A stretch of 64,000 nt of DNA from Chlorobiaceae bacterium (GTDB lineage Bacteria; Bacteroidota; Chlorobiia; Chlorobiales; Chlorobiaceae). The stretch is from NCBI GenBank assembly GCA_037142155.1, contig JBAXBE010000005.1, positions 6,171 through 70,170 on the forward strand, read 5' to 3'. Below, piece after piece: positions 10,781-20,972 of the stretch; the first letter of the stretch is position 1, and each line of letters starts with the position of its first letter. A program made the translations under genes and the position numbers. The notes under the pieces are model-generated. The model ran no database searches and was not told where the DNA came from. It saw nothing but the letters and a program-made list of their open reading frames with translations.

Positions 10781-12193
10781 TCAGCCGTGCAGTGCATTTT
10801 CGGCAGCTTCCCGAACGGTTTCGGAGAGCGTCGGATGGGCGTGCACCGTGCCGGCAAGCAGTTCAGCGGTAACTCCAAGCCTGCGGGCCAGCGTCAGCTC
10901 CCCTATCAGCTCGACCGCACCGTGGCCAAAGAGATGGGCACCGAGAAGGCGACCGTCAGCGGCATTGAAGAGCAGCTTCACCAGCCCCTCAAGGTTCCCG
11001 TAGGCATTGGCCTTGGCGGATGCGGCAAACATTGATCGGCCGACTTTTACGGCATATCCCTGTTCAATCGCCTGCCTTTCGCTCAGGCCGACGCTTGCAA
11101 CCGCCGGCTCGGCGTAGACGCAACGAGGAATCATGCTCTCCAGAAGAGGCTCACTCATTTGGCCGGCAATGGTTCTGACTGCAATGGCCGCTTCGGCTGA
11201 TGCCTTGTGTGCCAGCAGCATCCCCCCGCGAACATCGCCGATGGCAAAAATATGCGCCGCAGAAGTACGGCATGCCGTGTCGGTAACAATAAATCCCCTG
11301 TCGGCTGCAACTCCGGCATCTTCAAGACCAAGCCCCTCGGAGTTGCCGCCGACGCCGACAGCGACCAGCACGCACCGGGCGCTCAGTGGCTGAGGTTCCG
11401 CGCCCTCCTGAAGAAGCAGCGCCGTCACCTCACCGCCAGCCACAGCAACATCCTGAAGTTTAGACGATGTGGCAACGGTGATTCCTGCTTTCTGGAAAGA
11501 GCGCTTGAGCCCTTCAGAAATCTCCTCGTCTTCGAGAGGCAGAATGCGTTCCATCAATTCAACCAGCGTCACCTTGCTTCCCGCCATCTGGTAGAACCAA
11601 GCCAGCTCGACGCCGATGGCACCGCCGCCGACAACAATCATGGAGTCAGGGAGCTCTTTGAGTGCGAGCGCCTCCTTGCTCGTAATAATATGGGTGCCGT
11701 CAGGCTTGAGGCCCGGCAACTCTTTGGGGCGGGAACCCGTAGCAATAATAATGTGCGCAGCCTTCAGGGTGGAGGTGCGCTGCCCCTCTCGCGAAATCTC
11801 AAGTTCATGGGGAGAGCTGAACACAGCCTCGCCTTGAACGACATCCACGCCCGCCCTCTTAAGCATGAAGCCGATCCCTTTGGAGGTTTTCTGAACAACG
11901 TTTCGGCTGCGCTTTACGGCCTCGGCGAGATCGATTTCCACCCCCGGCACCTTGAGCCCGAAAGCCCCGGCTTTTCCGGCCATATCGAAGAGCTCCGCGC
12001 TCCTCAGGAGCGCCTTGGTTGGAATGCATCCCCAGTTAACACAGAGGCCGCCGAGCGGACCTTTTTCAACGAGAATGACCTTCATGCCGGCCTTTGCGCC
12101 GAGAAGCGCGGCTTCATAGCCTCCGGGTCCGGAACCGATAACGGCAAGATCCGCCGAAAGAAGTGTTGCGTCAGGCTGCGGGGTGGAATCCAT
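10781..12193 (-). CDS. lpd: Dihydrolipoyl dehydrogenase / pyridine nucleotide-disulfide oxidoreductase
   Basis: GSGPGGY FAD motif, redox-active disulfide GGLCVNWGCIPTK, and C-terminal dimerisation domain motif HAHPTLSE. Confidence 0.9.
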   Translation of the reverse strand: MDSTPQPDATLLSADLAVIGSGPGGYEAALLGAKAGMKVILVEKGPLGGLCVNWGCIPTKALLRSAELFDMAGKAGAFGLKVPGVEIDLAEAVKRSRNVVQKTSKGIGFMLKRAGVDVVQGEAVFSSPHELEISREGQRTSTLKAAHIIIATGSRPKELPGLKPDGTHIITSKEALALKELPDSMIVVGGGAIGVELAWFYQMAGSKVTLVELMERILPLEDEEISEGLKRSFQKAGITVATSSKLQDVAVAGGEVTALLLQEGAEPQPLSARCVLVAVGVGGNSEGLGLEDAGVAADRGFIVTDTACRTSAAHIFAIGDVRGGMLLAHKASAEAAIAVRTIAGQMSEPLLESMIPRCVYAEPAVASVGLSERQAIEQGYAVKVGRSMFAASAKANAYGNLEGLVKLLFNAADGRLLGAHLFGHGAVELIGELTLARRLGVTAELLAGTVHAHPTLSETVREAAENALHG

Positions 12194-12305
12194 AGAAGAT
12201 ATGGTCTGGTTTTGTTATACTTGTGTGCGTCTACCGTATGGAGATCTGCCGTATGGGTGCGTCTGCCGCTCAGGCAGCCCATGTTACCGTTTCAAGTTCC
12301 GCAAA

Positions 12306-13346
12306 ATGCAAAATCAGCCGCTAAAAACCGAATCGACAAAGACGGAGGATCTTCCTCTGGAACCGAAAAAACTCACCCTGCAGGTCAGCAAGGTACAGAC
12401 GCCGATGCGTATCGACCAGTACCTGACCAGGCAGGTGGAGAACGCCACCCGCAACAAGGTGCAGGAGGCCATAGAGGAAGGGCGCGTGCTGGTCAACGAA
12501 AAGTGCGTCAAGTCGAACTACCGCGTCAAATCCTGCGACACCATCCAGATCACCTTCCTGCGTCCGCCGGCGCCGGAGCTTGCCCCCGAAGACATCCCCA
12601 TCGACATCATCTATGAGGACCAGGACCTGATGGTCATCAACAAAAAGCCCGGAATGGTGGTTCATCCCGCGTTCGGCAACTGGACAGGCACGCTGGCAAA
12701 CGCCATACTCCACCACATCGGCATGGAGGGGGATGAGCTTGACCGGGAATCGCTCCGGCCGGGCATCGTGCACAGGCTCGACAAGAACACCTCCGGGCTC
12801 ATCATCGTCGCAAAAAATCCCGTTGCGCTTCACCGGCTTGCAAGGCAGTTCGCCGACAGGCAGGTCGTGAAAATATACAAGGCCATCGTCTGGGGGGCGC
12901 CCGAGCCGCCCTCCGGCACCATCAAAACAAATATCGGGCGGTCGCGAAAAGACAGAAAGGTCATGGCGAACTTCCCCTTCGAAGGAAAAGAGGGGAAAAC
13001 GGCAGTCACGGACTACATCGTCACCGAAAATCTGCACTGGTTCTCCCTCCTCTCCCTCACGCTCCACACCGGACGAACCCATCAGATCAGAGCTCACCTG
13101 CAGCACCTCAACCACCAGATTCTTGGTGACGAAACTTACGGGGGAGCAAGCCTGCGCACACTGCCCTTCAGCAGAAGTGAAGGGTTCGTTAAAAACCTCC
13201 TCGAACTCTTGCCGCGTCAGGCGCTGCACGCCGAAACCCTCTCGTTTCACCAGCCGACCACCCGTGAGCCCCTCTCCTTCACGGCCCCGCTCCCGGAGGA
13301 CATGGCGGCGGCCATCGAAAAAATCAGGGCTGTTGCTGCGCTTTGA
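12306..13346 (+). CDS. rluD: 23S rRNA pseudouridine synthase, RluD family
   Basis: N-terminal S4 domain (RIDQYL...) and catalytic HRLDKNTSGLII motif. The start was trimmed to the ATG at 12306; the track ORF starts at a GTG at 12183 inside the divergent promoter region. Confidence 0.88.
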   Translation: MQNQPLKTESTKTEDLPLEPKKLTLQVSKVQTPMRIDQYLTRQVENATRNKVQEAIEEGRVLVNEKCVKSNYRVKSCDTIQITFLRPPAPELAPEDIPIDIIYEDQDLMVINKKPGMVVHPAFGNWTGTLANAILHHIGMEGDELDRESLRPGIVHRLDKNTSGLIIVAKNPVALHRLARQFADRQVVKIYKAIVWGAPEPPSGTIKTNIGRSRKDRKVMANFPFEGKEGKTAVTDYIVTENLHWFSLLSLTLHTGRTHQIRAHLQHLNHQILGDETYGGASLRTLPFSRSEGFVKNLLELLPRQALHAETLSFHQPTTREPLSFTAPLPEDMAAAIEKIRAVAAL

Positions 13347-13440
13347 GCGCCAAGGGAACGCTTGGATTATTTCCTGCTGAAGGCTATTCTGTTTCTCGGT
13401 GGAGCTATAAAAATAACAATCACATCCTCTGTTGACCACT

Positions 13441-15636
13441 ATGCGACATCTCCTTCTGCGCGCTCTATTCACCCCTCTTTTGCTTCTCTCTCCTCTCTTT
13501 GCGATTCAGGCCGGAGAGCCCTCCCGTTCGCACTATCTGGCAGCCCCGGCCGGCCTGCCGGTTGTTGAAGAGTACTTCGGCAAAAAGGTCACCGATCCCT
13601 TCCGCGAGCTGGAGAAACTTGACAATCCGCTGGTCCGCGAATGGATCCGAGAAGAGTCGGAACACGCCCGCAGGGTCCTTGAGAGCATCCCCGGCCGGAA
13701 GGGGCTCGTCAGAAAAATGCTGGAGTTCGACAGCCGTCGATCGGCCAAGGTCTACAGCCTCTCCATCACCGACAACGACCGTTATTTCTACCTGAAAGAG
13801 ACCCCCGCGGACGAAACCGGCCGGCTTTTCTTCAGGGATGGCTATGCAGGCAAAGAGAGTCTCCTCTTTGACGCCCGGCACTATTTTGCGGGAAGCGGTC
13901 TTGACTATGTCATCAGTGCCATAGCACCCTCCGACGACGGAGCCAGGGTAGCCATTTCCGTCTCGGCAAACGGCTCTGAAAACAACATCATTCTGGTGAT
14001 GGATGTTGCCTCAAAAAAGCTTCTCCCCGAAAAAATCGACCGCTGCCGGTTTGCCTCGCCCTCCTGGCTGCCCGACGGCAGCGGCTTTCTCTACAACCGC
14101 CTCCGTCCTCTGAAAGATCCTCGCCAGAACCCGCAGTATGACAGCACGACCCTCTTTCATCTGGCCGGCACCGATCCCTCAACAGACCGCGAAATCTTCT
14201 CGAAGGCTACGAACCCCGAGCTCGGCATCCGGAGTGAGGATATCCCCTCAGTCAACTGCGAAAACAAAAGCGGAATGATGTTTGCCGCGGTCTCGAATGT
14301 CGATCCGCGCCTTACCATCTACTACGCCCCTATTGCCGATCTCGGGGCCAAAAAGATCAACTGGAAGCCGCTCCTCTGCCCTGAAGACGACGTCCATGAT
14401 TTTGCCGTCACCGACACCGACCTCTACCTCTACACCCCGAAAAATGCCCCTCGCTTCAAGGTGGTAAAAACTTCTCTCCGGAATCCTGACATTCTCCATG
14501 CCGAAACCGTTGTTCCGGAAGAGAAGAACGCGATGCTGTCCTCCTTCACCCTCACCAGTGACGCGCTCTACTATGCGCAGTCAATAAACGGCGTCGAGGC
14601 AAAGCTTTTCCGAAAGGAGAAGGGTAGCGGAAACGTTTCGGAACTCCCGCTCCCCTTCAAGGCCGGCACCATCCACATCTCCTCAAAAGGGTTCCGCTAC
14701 CCTGAGCTCTGGGCAATCATCGCCGGATGGAGCAACGACACCCGCCGCTATCGATTCGATGCCGCCAGCCGCACCTTTGTCAAGGAGACGCTCTCCTCCC
14801 CTGCCGAATATCCCGAGTACCGCAACCTTGTAGTCGAAGAGCTGATGGTTCCCTCCCATGATGGCGTTTTGGTTCCGCTCTCGGTGATTCACAAAAAAGG
14901 AGTTGCAAAAAACGGCAAGAATCCGGCGCTCATCTACGGATACGGAGCCTACGGCAAATCCATCACTCCGTTTTTCAGTCCGGGCATGCTCTTGTGGGCA
15001 GAGCGGGGCGGAGTGCTTGCCTTCGCACATGTCAGGGGCGGCGGCGAACTCGGCGACAGCTGGCACCGAGGGGGGATGAAAACGACCAAGGCGAACAGCT
15101 GGAAGGACCTGATAGCCTGCAGTGAATACCTTGCCGCAAACCACTACACCCAAAAAGGGAAAATTGCCATCAACGCCGCCAGCGCAGGAGGTATCCTTGT
15201 CGGCAGGGCGATGACCGAACGGCCTGATCTGTTTGCGGCAGTCATCCCGCAGGTCGGCGCGCTGAACCCTCTGCGCGGCGAAGAGACGCCAAACGGTCCC
15301 GTTAACGTCCCCGAGTTCGGTACCGTCAAAAAACCCGAAGAGTGCATGGCCTTGATAGCGATGGACCCCTATCTCAATATCCGGGAGGGAGATGCTTACC
15401 CGGCAGCTTTCATCACCACCGGCCTCAACGACCCGAGGGTCATCGCATGGCAGCCGGCCAAGTTTGCCGCGCGCCTGCAGCTCGCAACCTCATCGAAAAG
15501 GCCCGTCCTCTTCTTTGCCGACGACAAGGCCGGCCACGGCATCGGAAACTCCAAGTCAAAAGAGTTTGAAACCCTTGCCGATGTCCTCAGCTTCGCCCTC
15601 TGGCAGACAGGCCATCCAGGGTTTCAGGTGAAGTAA
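13441..15636 (+). CDS. Secreted prolyl oligopeptidase (S9A family serine peptidase)
   Basis: Signal peptide MRHLLLRALFTPLLLLSPLFAIQA, a beta-propeller-sized N-terminal domain, and a C-terminal alpha/beta hydrolase with INAASAGGIL (nucleophile Ser) and a GHG motif. The ATG at 13441 is preferred over the TTG at 13432. Confidence 0.85.
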   Translation: MRHLLLRALFTPLLLLSPLFAIQAGEPSRSHYLAAPAGLPVVEEYFGKKVTDPFRELEKLDNPLVREWIREESEHARRVLESIPGRKGLVRKMLEFDSRRSAKVYSLSITDNDRYFYLKETPADETGRLFFRDGYAGKESLLFDARHYFAGSGLDYVISAIAPSDDGARVAISVSANGSENNIILVMDVASKKLLPEKIDRCRFASPSWLPDGSGFLYNRLRPLKDPRQNPQYDSTTLFHLAGTDPSTDREIFSKATNPELGIRSEDIPSVNCENKSGMMFAAVSNVDPRLTIYYAPIADLGAKKINWKPLLCPEDDVHDFAVTDTDLYLYTPKNAPRFKVVKTSLRNPDILHAETVVPEEKNAMLSSFTLTSDALYYAQSINGVEAKLFRKEKGSGNVSELPLPFKAGTIHISSKGFRYPELWAIIAGWSNDTRRYRFDAASRTFVKETLSSPAEYPEYRNLVVEELMVPSHDGVLVPLSVIHKKGVAKNGKNPALIYGYGAYGKSITPFFSPGMLLWAERGGVLAFAHVRGGGELGDSWHRGGMKTTKANSWKDLIACSEYLAANHYTQKGKIAINAASAGGILVGRAMTERPDLFAAVIPQVGALNPLRGEETPNGPVNVPEFGTVKKPEECMALIAMDPYLNIREGDAYPAAFITTGLNDPRVIAWQPAKFAARLQLATSSKRPVLFFADDKAGHGIGNSKSKEFETLADVLSFALWQTGHPGFQVK

Positions 15637-15644
15637 CACTTGAA

Positions 15645-15774
15645 GAGATTTCAGATTTCGGATGCCGGATTTTGGATTGGAAAAGGGAGGGCCATCGCAC
15701 AACTGACCTTAACTCTTTCCAGCTCCCGACAGGTCGGGAGCGACATGTTGGTAGCCAGGGGTGCAAACCCCTGG
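15645..15774. repeat. Mosaic intergenic repeat locus R1
   Basis: Contains gagatttcagatttcggatgccggattttggattgg, the inverted copy of the ccaatccaaaatcc module at 54296. Also has hairpin ctcccgac-ag-gtcgggag (15723-15740, same module at 41023-41040) and hairpin ccagggg-tgcaaa-cccctgg (15755-15774). Confidence 0.8.
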
Positions 15775-15793
15775 GTGACATATGGAACGTCCC

Positions 15794-16504
15794 CTAACTC
15801 CCCAATTCCCCTTTCAGATAGAGCTGCCGCTGCGCTTCGGGTAAGCGCTCTATGGCGTAGCGGAGCATCACCCTTGGCATGGTTCTGCAGTGCCGGAGAA
15901 GAAAGGCCTCAAGCGCACCTTGTTCACGCTTGCCCACCTCCCTGAGCATCCAGCCGGTGGCTTTGTGAATCAGCTCCTCCGGGTCCCGGAGCAGCTGCTC
16001 GGCAAGCAGCATCGTATCCGAAAACTCGCCGTTGCGGATAAAATGAAAGGTTGCAACGATAGCGATGCGCCGTTCCCAGAGGCTCTCCGACCGGGCAAGC
16101 GTGTAGAGGGGCGTTCTGTCGCGATGCCGGAGATGTTTGCCGACGATGTGCCCGGCCGTAACATCCACCAGATCCCAGTTGTTGATAAAGCGGGTATTGT
16201 CGAGGTAGATCCTGTAAATCTCACCTCTTAGCTGCTCATCCCCCCGCGCGTAGCGGCGCATCAGCATGAGGAGAGCCAAGAGGCGGTCTTCGTGAAACTC
16301 CGACGCGAGAAGGTGAAGCAGTTCCTCCATTTGAACCCCGTCGAGTGAGGGGGCAAGCTTTCTCAGCACCGGAACGCGGATGCCCCTGAACCTGTCGCCC
16401 TCCCCATACTGGCCCGGGCCGGTCTTGAAAAAACGCAGGGCGAAGAGCGCAGCCCGGGCACTGCCTGAGGCCTCAAGTATGGAACGGATATCGGCTGCCG
16501 TCAT
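15794..16504 (-). CDS. DNA alkylation repair protein (AlkC/AlkD-like HEAT-repeat family)
   Basis: YLDNTRFINNWDLVD and overall helical-repeat similarity to the DNA_alkylation family. Confidence 0.7.
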   Translation of the reverse strand: MTAADIRSILEASGSARAALFALRFFKTGPGQYGEGDRFRGIRVPVLRKLAPSLDGVQMEELLHLLASEFHEDRLLALLMLMRRYARGDEQLRGEIYRIYLDNTRFINNWDLVDVTAGHIVGKHLRHRDRTPLYTLARSESLWERRIAIVATFHFIRNGEFSDTMLLAEQLLRDPEELIHKATGWMLREVGKREQGALEAFLLRHCRTMPRVMLRYAIERLPEAQRQLYLKGELGS

Positions 16505-16534
16505 CTCAATTGCTGTTTGTTTGCACCTCCGGCC

Positions 16535-18427
16535 TCAGGCCTTTTCGGCAAGCTCGCTCCAGCGGGCAATTTCCTTTTCGAGTGAGGCCTGCAGCTGCTT
16601 CAGCTCCGCCCCAAGCTTCTGCTGGAGTTCAAAATCACTCCCGGCAGAGGCAAGCAGTCCGGCAATCTCGGTCTGGCGCCCTTCGGCTTTCTGTATGGAT
16701 TGCTCCAGCTGCTCAAGTTCGCGCTTCTCCTTGCCGGAAAGAGCCGGGGCTTTGGGAAGAGCAGGCGCGGCAGGCTTCGGGGCCTCTGTCTCTTTTTTGG
16801 CAGGCTTTTTGTCGTTCTTCGCTCCTTCGGATGCTTTCAGTTCGAGATAGAGCGTGTAGTTGCCGGGATAGCGGCGAATAACGCCACCCTCTTCAAAGGC
16901 AAAGATATACTCGACTGTGCGATCAAGGAAGTAGCGGTCGTGGCTGACGACGATAAGGCATCCGCCATAGGAGTCGAGGTAGTCCTCAAGCACCCTGAGC
17001 GTGGGGATATCGAGGTCGTTGGTCGGCTCGTCAAGCAGGAGCACGTTGGGAGAAGTGATAAGCTGGCGGAGCAGGTAGAGCCGCCGCCGCTCGCCGCCCG
17101 AGAGGGTGCCGATATAGCTGTACTGCACCGAGGGGGCAAAAAGAAAGCGCTCAAGCATCTTCGAAGCCGAAAGCACGGTTCCGTCCTTCGTCTTGATCTG
17201 CTCGGCCTCCTCCTGAATGAACTCGATCACCCGCTTGGAGTCGTCAAGCCCCCTGCTCTGCTGGTCGTAGTAGCCGATATTGACGGTCTTGCCGATATCG
17301 ATATGGCCGCTGTCAGGCGTGATGCGCCCGGTAATCATGTCAAAAAGGGTGGTCTTTCCGGATCCGTTCGGGCCGATGATGCCGATACGGTCTCCCTTCT
17401 GCACCTGGTACTCGAACTCCTTGAGCAGCACTTTCTCGCCGTATGATTTCGACACCTTGTGAAACTCGATGATCTTGTCGCCAAGCCGGCCTGCTCCAAA
17501 CCCGATCTCGAGCTTCTGGTCCTTCTCCTTTTTCGGAGCGTAGACCAGGGTCTCGGCCCGCTGCATGCGGGCTTTCTGCTTGGTCGTGCGGGCCTTGCAG
17601 CCGCCGCGCATCCAGTCAAGCTCCTGGCGCACAAGCGCCTGACGCTTGCGGTCGTCTCGTATCGCCTGCTCCTCCTGCTCGGCCTTCTGCTGCAGGTAGC
17701 TGGAATAGCCGCCCGTGTAGGTGACGGCCGTCCTGCCGTCGAGCTCGATCATGCGGTTTGCCACACGGTCGAGGAAATATCGGTCATGGGTGATGAGGAT
17801 TACCGCGCCCTGATAGCGCCGGATGTACTGCTCCAGCCACTCGACGCTGTCGGCATCGAGATGGTTGGTCGGCTCATCGAGGATAAGGCCGTCGCTCGGC
17901 ACGACGAGCGCGTGGGCAAGAGCCACACGCTTGCGCTGTCCGCCCGAAAGGGTACCCATCTTCGCATCAAGATCGTAGAGCCCGAGCTTGCCAAGCACCG
18001 TTTTGGCGTTACTCTCAAGCTCCCATGCGCCACAGACGTCAATTTCATGGGCAAGCCGGCTCATCTTCTCAATCAGGGCCGTGCTGTCCTCGTGGTTGTG
18101 TTCAAGCTCATTGCAGACAAGCTCATACTGATAAATCAGGTCCATGGCCTTGTCGCTCGACTTCAGAATCGCCTCAAGGACCGTGTCCTCCGGATGGTAT
18201 GGCGAGTCCTGCGGGAGATAGGCAATCCGCTTCTGGTTGGCCACCATCACCTTTCCCTTGTCAGGGGTTTCAACCCCGGAGAGAATTTTCAGCAGAGTGC
18301 TCTTCCCGCTCCCGTTCGCGCCGATGATGCCGATCTTGTCACGATCATCAATACCGAATGAGACATCCTCGAACAGATGCTTCAGACCATACTTTTTCTG
18401 CAGTCCCTCTACCGTTAATAACACCAT
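16535..18427 (-). CDS. ABC-F family ATPase (Uup-like) with two ABC cassettes and a C-terminal coiled coil
   Basis: Two Walker A motifs (GANGSGKST, GPNGSGKTT), two LSGG signatures (LSGGQRKR, LSGGERRR), no transmembrane domain, and a Lys/Ala/Pro-rich segment followed by a coiled-coil tail. Confidence 0.9.
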   Translation of the reverse strand: MVLLTVEGLQKKYGLKHLFEDVSFGIDDRDKIGIIGANGSGKSTLLKILSGVETPDKGKVMVANQKRIAYLPQDSPYHPEDTVLEAILKSSDKAMDLIYQYELVCNELEHNHEDSTALIEKMSRLAHEIDVCGAWELESNAKTVLGKLGLYDLDAKMGTLSGGQRKRVALAHALVVPSDGLILDEPTNHLDADSVEWLEQYIRRYQGAVILITHDRYFLDRVANRMIELDGRTAVTYTGGYSSYLQQKAEQEEQAIRDDRKRQALVRQELDWMRGGCKARTTKQKARMQRAETLVYAPKKEKDQKLEIGFGAGRLGDKIIEFHKVSKSYGEKVLLKEFEYQVQKGDRIGIIGPNGSGKTTLFDMITGRITPDSGHIDIGKTVNIGYYDQQSRGLDDSKRVIEFIQEEAEQIKTKDGTVLSASKMLERFLFAPSVQYSYIGTLSGGERRRLYLLRQLITSPNVLLLDEPTNDLDIPTLRVLEDYLDSYGGCLIVVSHDRYFLDRTVEYIFAFEEGGVIRRYPGNYTLYLELKASEGAKNDKKPAKKETEAPKPAAPALPKAPALSGKEKRELEQLEQSIQKAEGRQTEIAGLLASAGSDFELQQKLGAELKQLQASLEKEIARWSELAEKA

Positions 18428-18695
18428 ATCCGCTCACCGTTCCTTATAAGTATTGCCTTGAAAATGCTGGAATATAGCTATTGCGCTCTTCATAAATGGG
18501 GGACGTTCACAACTATTTCAACTTACTGATAGGTTCCATACGACCTTGCAAGACCTATGGATGAAGCAAGATCAGTTCCGGAAGGCAATCAGGCGAGGTT
18601 CACCACAATGATCCAGAGGTTTTCTCTTTGCTGTTATATTGATAAGCTGTACCTTGTGCAGAGCAACAGACTATTCTGAGAAATAACCAGCAACC

Positions 18696-19247
18696 ATGAC
18701 TGAACTGGAACAATCGTTGGCCTGGACCAACCTTCCCGTACCCGATGTCCTACCCCAGCTCTCCACCAGCCAGCAGCAGCAAATCATCTCCTGGGCAGAA
18801 AACATTGTCAGCAGTAAAACCGAAGGGCTTGACGAGCTCTATACGGCCATCAGCATGATTGTCCGCTATATCCCGAACTTTGTCGTTATCCCGCTGATGG
18901 TGGAACACATAAAGCCGCAGATAGCAGCCGGGGTATGCATCAAACTGGGAGTCGAGCAGGCAACAGGATATGCGAACGACCTGCCGAAAGAGTACTTCGA
19001 CAAAGTATCAAAGCATCTTGACGCGGAACTCATGGCCCGGATTCTGGAGAACATGAAAAAGCACCTCGCCGAAAGGTTCATCGAAAGCGAGCTCAAAGCA
19101 AACCTCCCCCGCATGCTCGACATCGCCCGGCACCTCAACCGGAGAATGCTCGAGGTCGTCGCAAAGCATTTCACCCCACCACAAGAGAAGAGCATGCCAT
19201 CAACCATCCATCAGTCGCTCATCGAGCAAATCGTCGCCCTGCAATAA
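18696..19247 (+). CDS. Hypothetical protein (183 aa)
   Basis: Clean ORF with an ATG start in a 268-nt intergenic context. No family recognised. Confidence 0.5.
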   Translation: MTELEQSLAWTNLPVPDVLPQLSTSQQQQIISWAENIVSSKTEGLDELYTAISMIVRYIPNFVVIPLMVEHIKPQIAAGVCIKLGVEQATGYANDLPKEYFDKVSKHLDAELMARILENMKKHLAERFIESELKANLPRMLDIARHLNRRMLEVVAKHFTPPQEKSMPSTIHQSLIEQIVALQ

Positions 19248-19277
19248 CCGGGTCGGGATTGAGAAAAAGAAAAACAC

Positions 19278-19691
19278 CTAAATCAGCTCTGTGCTCCAGG
19301 TGATTTTGCAGCCGGAGGCGCGGAGCATGGCGGCAACGCTGCAGTATTTCTCCATGGAGAGACCGGCGGCTTTTTCGAGGTCGGCAATGGTGGCGTCAGG
19401 CGAGGCGAGGCGGTAGTTGATGTGGATGGCGGTGAAGACCTTCGGGTGCTCTTCAGCCCTCTCAGCTTCAAGGTCGACGGTAAGTGACACCGGCTCTTTT
19501 CTCATTTTACGGATGATGGAGAGGATATCCATCATGGAGCAACCGCCGAGAGCCTGCAGCACCGCGTCGAGAGGGGTTGCGGCCGAGGCGGCTGGAGAAA
19601 CCTCTTTGGACATGTCAAAAAGGGTTTTGTGACCGCTCACATTGGTGCCGACCAGCGGCATCTTTTCATGAAAGGTTACGGTGGCGTGCAT
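19278..19691 (-). CDS. OsmC/Ohr family peroxiredoxin-like protein
   Basis: Size (~137 aa) and pattern fit OsmC-like proteins: PLDAVLQALGGCSMMDI and a second Cys in RASGCKI. Confidence 0.65.
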   Translation of the reverse strand: MHATVTFHEKMPLVGTNVSGHKTLFDMSKEVSPAASAATPLDAVLQALGGCSMMDILSIIRKMRKEPVSLTVDLEAERAEEHPKVFTAIHINYRLASPDATIADLEKAAGLSMEKYCSVAAMLRASGCKITWSTELI

Positions 19692-19876
19692 AATGGGCGG
19701 AGTCTATCTTGTTGAAAGATTTGACGCTCTCTGCTAGAGAGCTGTTGAAACTTATTGCTGAAGGCACGGGTTACTTGATGCAGTGATAGAGATAAATAAC
19801 TCTTTCGAAAAGAGTACATTACGACACGGCACCCGTTACGCCTGACCTTCAGGAAGAACCGACACTACAGGTCCCC

Positions 19877-20326
19877 ATGAATGAACTGTTAAAGAAGCCA
19901 AGGAGAGTCTACGTTTCAAGAACGATAGAGTTCAATGCGGCTCACCGGCTTTTCAACCCGCTTCTCACGGATGACGAAAACTGCAAAATTTACGGGAAGT
20001 GCGCAAATAAGCATGGCCATGGCCACAACTATCTTCTTGAAATAACGCTTTCTGGCATAGTCGACCGGGAAACCGGATATCTTTTTGACCTTAAGGAACT
20101 CAAAGCGCTCCTTGAAAGAGAGATTGTCGACAGGTTCGACCACCGACATCTCAACCATGATGTCCCGGAGCTGCTGGATTGCGTGCCGACAACAGAGGTG
20201 CTCACCGTGCTGATCTGGGAGATACTTGAAGAAAAACTCATCAATATTACCAACAGAGAGCTCTCTCTCCATGAAGTTAAACTCTATGAAACAGGAAAAA
20301 ACGCCGTCCGCTACAAGGGAGAATAA
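19877..20326 (+). CDS. queD: 6-carboxy-5,6,7,8-tetrahydropterin synthase / 6-pyruvoyl-tetrahydropterin synthase family
   Basis: FNAAHRL and [11 protein letters not shown] zinc/catalytic motifs typical of the PTPS/QueD family. Confidence 0.85.
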   Translation: MNELLKKPRRVYVSRTIEFNAAHRLFNPLLTDDENCKIYGKCANKHGHGHNYLLEITLSGIVDRETGYLFDLKELKALLEREIVDRFDHRHLNHDVPELLDCVPTTEVLTVLIWEILEEKLINITNRELSLHEVKLYETGKNAVRYKGE

Positions 20327-20375
20327 AAGCCTTGCTTCCGGCCGCGCAAGCTGCTGCGACGATGACGATTGCTTG

Positions 20376-20957
20376 ATGAAAATGCCGGACACCAATCCGG
20401 CCACCATGACGCTCTTGACCGGTGCGGTCTCATCCCTCTTGCAAGGTATCGGAGAGGATCCCGAGCGTGAGGGCCTGTTGAAAACCCCCGAGCGCGTCGC
20501 CCGCTCTCTGCAATTCCTGACGAGAGGCTACAGCCAGGACCCTGAGGAGATGCTGAAAAACGCAGTCTTTACAGAGTCCTACGACGAGATGGTGCTGGTG
20601 AAGGATATCGACATCTTTTCGATGTGCGAGCACCACATGCTCCCCTTTTTCGGCAAGGCGCACATCGCCTACATTCCCGACGGCAAAATTGTAGGTCTTT
20701 CAAAACTTGCGCGTGTGGTTGAGGTTTTCGCCCGACGCCTGCAGGTGCAGGAGCGACTCACACAGCAGATCCGCGATGCCATCCAAGAGGTGCTTAACCC
20801 GAAAGGGGTCGGCGTCGTCATCGAGGCACGCCACATGTGCATGGTGATGCGGGGGGTCGAAAAGCTCAACTCGGTGACGACCACTTCAGCCATGTCGGGG
20901 CAGTTCATCACCTCGCAACCGACCCGGAGCGAGTTTTTACGACTGATCAAACCGTGA
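20376..20957 (+). CDS. folE: GTP cyclohydrolase I
   Basis: [27 protein letters not shown] and HMCMVMRGV motifs. The start was trimmed to the ATG at 20376, because the track ORF start overlaps queD by 100 nt. Confidence 0.93.
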   Translation: MKMPDTNPATMTLLTGAVSSLLQGIGEDPEREGLLKTPERVARSLQFLTRGYSQDPEEMLKNAVFTESYDEMVLVKDIDIFSMCEHHMLPFFGKAHIAYIPDGKIVGLSKLARVVEVFARRLQVQERLTQQIRDAIQEVLNPKGVGVVIEARHMCMVMRGVEKLNSVTTTSAMSGQFITSQPTRSEFLRLIKP

Positions 20958-20972
20958 TTTGAGTGCTGAGTG

